DNA of 29,303 nucleotides from Halocafeteria seosinensis (lineage: Eukaryota). The position numbers and the translations under genes are program-made. Shown in pieces: positions 10,367 to 17,136 of the stretch (the stretch's first letter is position 1; each line of letters starts with the position of its first letter). The stretch covers positions 62,001 through 91,303 of the forward strand of contig LVLI01000003.1 of assembly GCA_001687465.1 (NCBI GenBank), in the 5' to 3' direction. The notes under the pieces are model-generated. The model worked only from the letters and a program-made list of their open reading frames with translations. It had not been told where the DNA came from and made no database searches.

Positions 10367-11203
10367 TTAAAGACCTTTAAACAATTTTTTAAGTTGATTA
10401 TTTTGGGGTTCTGGTTGAGGATTTGCAGAAGCTGGAGTTGTTCCAATATTTGAAGTTGGTCTTCGTCTTGAATTTCGACTTGGCTGTTTCATTTCAGAGT
10501 AACCAAAACGACTAAATGGGTCACTTGGATTTGTGCTTAATGGTCTTGGATTTTCTGGAATTGTTTGAGAATATGGATTATATGGCTCATTAGTTGGTCT
10601 TTGTGGTTGTGGAATGGGATATGGTTGCGGTTGTGGTTGAGTATAATCATATAAATTTCCTTGTGGTTCTGGGTAATATTGTGGTGTTGCTGTTGGTTGC
10701 AATTGTGGTTCATATCTTGCTCCATATAACTGATTGGGATCAACGTAATTTATTGAACTTTGGTTTTGATTTGGATTTTGATAATACGGAGAATTTGCGT
10801 AACATGCTGGGTGTGTCATTTGTGGGTTATATGTTTGATTATTTTGCTGTTGTTGTTTCTGTTGTCTTCTTTCTTCTGCTTTTTTTCGTCTTCCTTCTTT
10901 CATTCTTTCAATTGCTCTTTCTCTTGCTGGTGTCATTTTCCTTTTATATTGTTTCCCATTCTCTTTTGGTTTCTCTTCTTCTGCTGGTTTTTGTGGTTGT
11001 TGCTGTGGTTGATTTTGTTGAATCATTAACCTTTGTAATTGTTGAGGAGTTAAACTTATTTTATTAGAAGTTTGGCTTGATGTTTCTGGTTGTGATACTT
11101 GTTTGGTTTCCTCATTTTCCTCACTACGTCCTTCTTGCTGTGCTAACATTCGGTTTATAGTCTCTACGTCTAATTCTACGTTTTCATCGTTTTCGTTACT
11201 CAT
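10367..11203 (-). CDS. Viral Q/P/N-rich low-complexity protein with a basic coiled segment
   Basis: 278-aa ORF with TATATA upstream. Acidic N-terminus, basic helix KRKMTPARERAIERMKEGRRKKAEERR, and a P/Q/Y-rich disordered tail. Confidence 0.75.
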   Translation of the reverse strand: MSNENDENVELDVETINRMLAQQEGRSEENEETKQVSQPETSSQTSNKISLTPQQLQRLMIQQNQPQQQPQKPAEEEKPKENGKQYKRKMTPARERAIERMKEGRRKKAEERRQQKQQQQNNQTYNPQMTHPACYANSPYYQNPNQNQSSINYVDPNQLYGARYEPQLQPTATPQYYPEPQGNLYDYTQPQPQPYPIPQPQRPTNEPYNPYSQTIPENPRPLSTNPSDPFSRFGYSEMKQPSRNSRRRPTSNIGTTPASANPQPEPQNNQLKKLFKGL

Positions 11204-11274
11204 CGTTATACTATATATGTAAATTTTAATTCTATAACGTATTACGTAAAATGTAATTTTTTGTTATAAATATA

Positions 11275-11466
11275 ATGAATAGTGAACAAGAGACCCAAGA
11301 AAAAGAGAAACCTTCACCAATCACTTACGAAGAGTTACTTCAAAAATATCCACCTGAATATTTGGACCAAATTGAGGGTTTGCAACCAGTTCCAGAAGTT
11401 ACAAATGAGGAGATTAATAAAATGCTTAAAAATTACGAAACTCAAAAGAAACTGGGTAATATATAA
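11275..11466 (+). CDS. Small acidic viral hypothetical protein (63 aa)
   Basis: ATG preceded by TGTTATAAATATA. The stop is followed directly by a hairpin (11468-11488). Confidence 0.6.
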   Translation: MNSEQETQEKEKPSPITYEELLQKYPPEYLDQIEGLQPVPEVTNEEINKMLKNYETQKKLGNI

Positions 11467-11485
11467 ATACCTTTTTCCCAAAAAA

Positions 11486-11556
11486 GTAAAACTTTCGCTA
11501 AACCNAAGGTTTAAGAAATTTTCTTATCTCTAGAACAAAGTTCGTCGAGATTAAAA
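11486..11556 (-). repeat. Multi-hairpin repeat A, copy 3 (inverted)
   Basis: The reverse complement matches copy 1 except in two loops and one stem base. Confidence 0.9.
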
Positions 11557-11573
11557 TCAAAAAACTATAACGC

Positions 11574-11618
11574 TTCTTTTTGACTCTACTTTTTCTACGC
11601 AAGAAAAAGAGAAAATTT
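11574..11618 (+). repeat. Intergenic hairpin repeat B, copy 2
   Basis: TTCTTTTTGACTCTACTTTTTCT-acgca-AGAAAAAGAGAA, just upstream of the MCP start region. Confidence 0.85.
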
Positions 11619-11644
11619 AATTTATATATAATATATATATAATA

Positions 11645-13084
11645 ATGTCAAGTTTAGATCAACAGCCACTATCAAATGTTGGACAAGCTCAACCACAAGG
11701 AGAATCTCAAGGCTTACAACCTGAACCACCTCAAAGAAGTGGATTAAATAGGAGAGATGTGCACTTTGATCCCAAATTGCAAAGCTCAAATTTTAAAACA
11801 CTTGAAAACTTAAGTTCTCGGCAGTCTGTTCGCATAAATCCAGAAGCCGGATTGGGTGACTATAATCCTGGTTCAACTGTAGAGTGGACAATTCAAAACA
11901 CTTCAGCTCTCTCGGATACTCAAAACAGTCATTTAGAATTTGATTTTGTTAATTCTAACCCTGGTGACAATATTCCATCGGATGGTTTAGATGTTTTACT
12001 TGATAATTTAGAACTTCAAATTGGTGACCAAACAATTGAAAAAGTTTCAGATGGAGCAAGATATTACCAAATGTTATTGAGATCAACCGCACACCAAAGC
12101 TATTACGATAATGAAGCAAATGCACTCATGAAATCTTGGAAATATTTGAGTTATCATAAAAAATATAATGTTGTTCATCCTGCTAATAGTTATGATGATA
12201 GCAGTGATGATAATAACACTAACATCATGACCGCTTATTATTCAGCTAATGGAACTATAAAATGTATTATACATTTGGATAACTTAAGTTTTTTCCGTCA
12301 AGCAAGGTTTAAACCAATGTTCACAGCTATTAAACTCAGTTGGAAATTGCCGGAAGCTCAAAAAGTAATGGAAAGAAGACGTGATAATAATGCCCAAAAT
12401 GCTCCTTCATATACCGTTAGAAATCCAGTTTATATAAGTTCCCAAGTTTATCCAGATGCTTCATTATTGGAAAGTCTTCATTCTCAAATTTTTGAAAATC
12501 AACAAGGGTTAGCAATGGCACTACCCGGAGTTGTGGAAACTTATCGAAGAAGTTTGTCGCAATCTACACAAAATAATATTACTATTCCGGCATCTTTCTC
12601 AGATATTGAAAGTATTATATGTTTACCTGTTAGAAGAGCAACTTCAAGTACAACAGATGATATAAATGTAGGTACGTTTAGAACAGGTAATAATGTCACA
12701 CTTAAAAATTTTGGTGTTAATATTCAAACCGAAGATTTAGCAATGAAAGGAGGTTATAGAAACATGGAAGAAGCTTATAGAGGTTTAAGACAAACTTTTA
12801 ATTTCTTGGGAGATGTTGGCGGAAATGGTATGATTGATTGGGATACATTCAACGCAACACTTGGAAATGGTGGCTTTGCGCCTTTGGCAGTCAATACAAG
12901 TTTGTTAATGCATGCACCTCCCGAAGTTTTATCAAATGGACTGAGTACGCAAGATATGGGTAGTCAAATTAATATAAATCTTGAAACTGAAAATAATATT
13001 GGTGGTAATATGGATTTGCTTGTTTTTGTTTTGCATAAACGTATTTTGATGATGCAACAAGGTATTATTAAGATTGGTATTTAA
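11645..13084 (+). CDS. Major capsid protein, double jelly-roll (Polinton/PLV type)
   Basis: 479 aa, beta-rich. The N-terminal VRINPE..DYNPGSTVEWTIQ..LSDTQNSHLEFDF and LLDNLELQIGDQTIEKV, and the C-terminal LLVFVLHKRILMM, follow the Polinton/PLV MCP pattern. Clustered with ATPase and mCP. Confidence 0.85.
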   Translation: MSSLDQQPLSNVGQAQPQGESQGLQPEPPQRSGLNRRDVHFDPKLQSSNFKTLENLSSRQSVRINPEAGLGDYNPGSTVEWTIQNTSALSDTQNSHLEFDFVNSNPGDNIPSDGLDVLLDNLELQIGDQTIEKVSDGARYYQMLLRSTAHQSYYDNEANALMKSWKYLSYHKKYNVVHPANSYDDSSDDNNTNIMTAYYSANGTIKCIIHLDNLSFFRQARFKPMFTAIKLSWKLPEAQKVMERRRDNNAQNAPSYTVRNPVYISSQVYPDASLLESLHSQIFENQQGLAMALPGVVETYRRSLSQSTQNNITIPASFSDIESIICLPVRRATSSTTDDINVGTFRTGNNVTLKNFGVNIQTEDLAMKGGYRNMEEAYRGLRQTFNFLGDVGGNGMIDWDTFNATLGNGGFAPLAVNTSLLMHAPPEVLSNGLSTQDMGSQININLETENNIGGNMDLLVFVLHKRILMMQQGIIKIGI

Positions 13085-13123
13085 AATGTTAAGAAAATTT
13101 TGAACTATGATATATAGATCAAA

Positions 13124-14194
13124 ATGACACATTTCTTTAAACATAATCGTGGAACATTTGACATAAAAGGTTTTCATAAAAGTGACAATTTTGAGACTGT
13201 TGATGAGTCTCTTGCCACAGTTAATCAATCAAAAAGAGGTGGAAGAACTATTTTAGAACCTTTTTATAAAGAACGTCAAAACGGTTATGAATTTTGTGGG
13301 CAAGAAGGCTTACAACCAAGAAAAGAATTTATTCAACCACTAGAACAATCTAATTTTGTAACTCCTCCTTTAGAGTATCAAACACGATTGAGAGCTGGTA
13401 GAAATATACCAAAATGGTATGGACATTTTCAAGGTCCTGGAATTCCTGAGCCTGAAGTTCCTATCGGCAATAAATACTTTAAAAATTATCAGCAAGACGT
13501 TCCGCTTAGTGATTTGGCTCGCGATTTCTTTCGTACTGGCATAGGTGCTTTAAATAATACTCCTCCTATGCGAGATAGACAAAGTTTAATAAACTTTTTG
13601 CAACAATCTGGTTTATTTAGAGAAGAAGACGAAAATAAAAGTCTGGCTTCACTTGCTCAAAAAATACAAGAACAGAGCGGACGAGCTGGAGCACCTGAAA
13701 ACCCTTTTAATAATGATCCTGTTTTTAGTCAAATTTTGCAACGTATTCGCAGTAATCCACAAGTTACCAATTTAACACCTCAACAACTTCAACATCGTCA
13801 GGCAGTTGCCCAACAAAATCAAGCAAATCAAGAATTTCAACAAGGAGCACAACAGCAACAAACTCAACAACAAACTCAGCAACCGGCGAGAGGTTTTAAT
13901 TTTGATTCTGATCCTTCTAGCTCATCATTTCCAGCACCTAATTCTGGTGCACAGCCTCAAGAACAAGTAGCTCCAGAATCTAATCAAAGTATAGAACGAG
14001 CACCACGATTTGGGAGAACTGAAAACGGACGCCAAGAAGTTATTACCACTCTTAATGGTCGTGAAGTTAGAGGCTGGGTCGGTGATAGAGGTGGTATATA
14101 CTCCAATGCGACAAGTCGAAATACAATACCACCAGTTTCAGCACATAGGCGAGCTATTAAAAACGCTTTTGAACGATTAAGACAAAATGGTTAA
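13124..14194 (+). CDS. Viral hypothetical protein with a Q-rich linker and basic C-terminal domain
   Basis: 356-aa intact ORF between MCP and ATPase. The C-terminal NGREVRGWVGDRGGIY resembles GxRGGxY-type basic adaptor motifs. Confidence 0.75.
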   Translation: MTHFFKHNRGTFDIKGFHKSDNFETVDESLATVNQSKRGGRTILEPFYKERQNGYEFCGQEGLQPRKEFIQPLEQSNFVTPPLEYQTRLRAGRNIPKWYGHFQGPGIPEPEVPIGNKYFKNYQQDVPLSDLARDFFRTGIGALNNTPPMRDRQSLINFLQQSGLFREEDENKSLASLAQKIQEQSGRAGAPENPFNNDPVFSQILQRIRSNPQVTNLTPQQLQHRQAVAQQNQANQEFQQGAQQQQTQQQTQQPARGFNFDSDPSSSSFPAPNSGAQPQEQVAPESNQSIERAPRFGRTENGRQEVITTLNGREVRGWVGDRGGIYSNATSRNTIPPVSAHRRAIKNAFERLRQNG

Positions 14195-14215
14195 AAATTT
14201 ATCTACATTATATAA

Positions 14216-15199
14216 ATGCCGAATTGGATTTCGATCTTATCGAATAAAAAAAAGAAAGAAAATAGTTTTCGTTATGTTGTTGTTGGTGGTACTCGATCCG
14301 GAAAATCCACACTTTTACATAATTTAATCTTTAAATTACATAAATCAGAAATTAAACGCGTAGTTTTATTTGGTGGTAAATCTGCTTCAAATGAGGAAAT
14401 GAAAGATATCTTTAAAAAGGAAAAACCTCCTTTTGATTTGGAAATACATAAAAATTATAATGATGAAAAAGTTGGAGAAATTTTTAAACAAATTGAAACA
14501 GACAAAACAAAAAGAAGTGGAAAACAAACAGTTTTTATATTCGAAGATTTAATGGCAGAAAACGCCAGCAACAAAACTAAAAATAATAATATCGATCGTG
14601 TAATTAAGAACGGAGGTGAGTTAAATATTTCTTCGATTATAACAACCCAAAAATATACTGACGTTAAAACATCAACTAGAAGCGGAAATATTAGCAAACT
14701 TTTTTTATTTGAGATCCCTGATAATGAAATTACTCTCGTTCATCGAGAACAAAACTTAAAAATTGGGAAAGATGATTTTAAAAAAATAGCTAGCGAAGCA
14801 ACCGAAACAAAATACGAGTTCATTATAATAGATCAAAAAGCTGAAATCAATGAAAAACTGAAAGATAGCGACTTTAACGTTATCAAACCCGAAGAAAAAG
14901 AAGATAAAAAAGAAGATGAAGCCGAAGTTTTAAAAGGAAAATCAGCAAAAAAGGCAAAACCCACAAAAGTTAATTTGGTTAAATTTCTAAAACCTGGTAA
15001 AGATGACAATGAAGCAAAGTTTTACGCTATCTTTCAAGTAGGAAAGGAAATTAAAAAAGTCCCAGTGGGTGACAATGTGAAAGGTAATGGAAATGTGTCA
15101 GATCCTACAAACCCAGAAGTTTTAGTTAAAGAACTGCTAAACAGAAATAAACCTTTTAAAGAAAATTTGAAACAGTTTCGAGAAAAATTTAATGTCTAA
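14216..15199 (+). CDS. A32-like (FtsK-HerA) genome packaging ATPase
   Basis: Walker A GGTRSGKST, Walker B VFIFED, ISSIITTQKY (conserved Q), downstream R..N (TRSGN) and YEFIIID. Confidence 0.88.
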   Translation: MPNWISILSNKKKKENSFRYVVVGGTRSGKSTLLHNLIFKLHKSEIKRVVLFGGKSASNEEMKDIFKKEKPPFDLEIHKNYNDEKVGEIFKQIETDKTKRSGKQTVFIFEDLMAENASNKTKNNNIDRVIKNGGELNISSIITTQKYTDVKTSTRSGNISKLFLFEIPDNEITLVHREQNLKIGKDDFKKIASEATETKYEFIIIDQKAEINEKLKDSDFNVIKPEEKEDKKEDEAEVLKGKSAKKAKPTKVNLVKFLKPGKDDNEAKFYAIFQVGKEIKKVPVGDNVKGNGNVSDPTNPEVLVKELLNRNKPFKENLKQFREKFNV

Positions 15200-15200
15200 A

Positions 15201-15226
15201 TTTTACTTTTTACCAAAAAAGTAAAA
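15201..15226. terminator. Perfect hairpin between the convergent ATPase and mCP genes
   Basis: TTTTACTTTTT-acca-AAAAAGTAAAA, an 11-bp stem filling most of the 33-bp gap between two stop codons. Confidence 0.65.
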
Positions 15227-15232
15227 AACTAT

Positions 15233-16048
15233 TTAACTTCTTGGTATGAAGAAGTACTCAAATTCGAGCACCACATTACCCCCATTTAACTCCATTTGAT
15301 TATACTCCTCATCAATTATAGCGAAATCAATAACTTCTAAATCATCATTCACTATACTAGAAAATGTTTGTTCGTCGCTATATTCGCGAACTAATTCATC
15401 ACCAAAAGAAACATCATTAAAAATCGAAGCTATAATAGGCTGGTTTCTACTCTTAACTAATTTATAATTTTGTGTGTCTCCAAGTGTGTTTGATATTATA
15501 TGATACACAGCAGTATTTAATAATTTGGGTAATCCAGCAACATCAAATGTTTCACCTCCTGAAATTTTATGTTGGGTGCTGTCTCTTATAATCCCAATTT
15601 TATGATGTGCCGAGTTTTCTAAAGTTACCGTTTGAAATATAGGATTTAAAAAGGTGTTAATAATATAAAAAGGCTCACTATCAGCATTTGTAAAACTAAA
15701 CCTTTGTTTAGATTCATTAAAAACAGCAGTTATATTATGTCCCCTATTAGCAAAAAAATTATTCATAAAGTCTTCTAGTTCTGTCCCATCTTGATAAACT
15801 CGATCAGTATCAAATTTTAATTCTGTTAAATTTGGACCACTATCCAATTCCCTAACATAATATAAAACATTGTTGTATTCTGAAAATGTATAGGCAGTAT
15901 TTGGCAGAGCTACTTTTTTAAGTCCTATTTTTACATTTGATTTTAAAGAACTAATAGCCTCCTTCAGATAAACACTGAAATCCGAATTTGAGTCATTTGT
16001 TTGTCTATCTATTCTTGAGTTTATTGTTAATCTAAATTTATTTGACAT
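15233..16048 (-). CDS. Minor capsid (penton) protein, single jelly-roll
   Basis: N-terminal LTINSRIDR...SDFSVYL...IGLKKVALPNTAY and C-terminal IDFAIIDEEYNQMELNGGNVVLEFE match the PLV/NCLDV penton consensus. 271 aa. Confidence 0.88.
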   Translation of the reverse strand: MSNKFRLTINSRIDRQTNDSNSDFSVYLKEAISSLKSNVKIGLKKVALPNTAYTFSEYNNVLYYVRELDSGPNLTELKFDTDRVYQDGTELEDFMNNFFANRGHNITAVFNESKQRFSFTNADSEPFYIINTFLNPIFQTVTLENSAHHKIGIIRDSTQHKISGGETFDVAGLPKLLNTAVYHIISNTLGDTQNYKLVKSRNQPIIASIFNDVSFGDELVREYSDEQTFSSIVNDDLEVIDFAIIDEEYNQMELNGGNVVLEFEYFFIPRS

Positions 16049-16059
16049 CTATATATTTA

Positions 16060-16716
16060 TTATAAATTTTCTGGTATATAGTTCCATCCTATTTTTTCAC
16101 ATATTAATTTCCACATATAATTAGCATTCTGCAAACCCTTCATATTTACATAACAATGTTTTACATTAAGGTACTTTATTACCCATTTTTCTTCTATTAA
16201 TTCTAAAAGTTTCCTTAAAATAAAATTATAATTTGGTAAGTTGTACCTTTCGTTCGGTCTGGCGTATGTCCAATTTATTTCTATTCTCTTGAACATTCTC
16301 AATAATTTATCTTCTATATGTTTACTTATCGGTTCTGGTCTATATCCTGTTAATTTATAATAAATAACTGAAATATGTGGATAATACATTGTTTTTCGTT
16401 TACTTTTTAAGTATTTATAAATTGTTTCATGCTTATAATTTAAATTTCTCTCTTGATGATATTTTTCAATTTCATTCATTAATCTCCTTGTNATTTGTCT
16501 GGTTTCAATTCCTTGCATTGATAAAATTATTCTATGGAAATTATGGGTTTGAATGCTGTCCACCTTTCTCATATACAATTTGGGTTGTGCCTCTATATAT
16601 TGATCTTCTATAAACGGTCTTTCTTCGCAAATTATTCCACATTTTGAATTGGTGCAACTATATGAACTTTCATCATTCAAAGCTAAACTTTTCTTTTTAC
16701 ATTCTGGACATTGCAT
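16060..16716 (-). CDS. VLTF3: VLTF3-like late transcription factor (poxvirus A2L family)
   Basis: N-terminal Zn ribbon (CPEC...CTNSKCG). Motifs HNFHRIILSMQG, YYPHISVIYYKLTG..P, RMFKRIE, RYNLPNYNFILRKL and WKLICEKIGWNYIP occur in VLTF3 order. One N at 16492. Confidence 0.9.
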   Translation of the reverse strand: MQCPECKKKSLALNDESSYSCTNSKCGIICEERPFIEDQYIEAQPKLYMRKVDSIQTHNFHRIILSMQGIETRQXTRRLMNEIEKYHQERNLNYKHETIYKYLKSKRKTMYYPHISVIYYKLTGYRPEPISKHIEDKLLRMFKRIEINWTYARPNERYNLPNYNFILRKLLELIEEKWVIKYLNVKHCYVNMKGLQNANYMWKLICEKIGWNYIPENL

Positions 16717-16759
16717 TATATATAGTTTTAAGAAAAAGATAATTTATATATAGTATATA

Positions 16760-16870
16760 ATGAAAGTTGGCAAAAATCCGCAAGACATCCAAAAAGCTGG
16801 TGAAAAAGCTAAAAGAATGCTTCGTTTAGGTGAATCCGCTCTAGAAGCTTTTCAAAGACTGAAATCTTAA
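16760..16870 (+). CDS. Small basic peptide (36 aa)
   Basis: MKVGKNPQDIQKAGEKAKRMLRLGESALEAFQRLKS, with TATATA immediately before the ATG. Below the ORF-track cutoff. Confidence 0.45.
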   Translation: MKVGKNPQDIQKAGEKAKRMLRLGESALEAFQRLKS

Positions 16871-16894
16871 TATGGAACTGGTTAACGTTCTATA

Positions 16895-17047
16895 TTAATC
16901 TTGTTCTTTATGCTCTTGTTCTTGTTCGCTATTTCCTATATGCATTCGACAATCACTATTAAACATATTATCCTTTAGCAACTTAGATAAAAAACCAAAT
17001 ACTAAACCACCTATAGCACTTAATGTAGGTACTAAAGCATCAACCAT
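16895..17047 (-). CDS. Small putative membrane protein (50 aa)
   Basis: MVDALVPTLSAIGGLVFGFLSKLLKDNMFNSDCRMHIGNSEQEQEHKEQD. N-terminal hydrophobic helix, acidic tail, AT-rich TATA-like upstream. Confidence 0.5.
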   Translation of the reverse strand: MVDALVPTLSAIGGLVFGFLSKLLKDNMFNSDCRMHIGNSEQEQEHKEQD

Positions 17048-17136
17048 TTCTATAATATATTACAACAATTAGTTCATTTATATTAAACTTCTTGACACTA
17101 ACTAATAAAATTTAATGCACTAATATATAAAAGAAT

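Noticed and set aside
10594..11067. Hydrophobic + strand ORFs that look like membrane proteins
   Set aside because: Antisense shadows of the CAA-rich gene 10367..11203.
9478..11556. Repeat A as a CRISPR array or integron attC array
   Set aside because: Only three copies, separated by whole genes, one inverted, with no cas gene or tyrosine recombinase, in a eukaryotic context.
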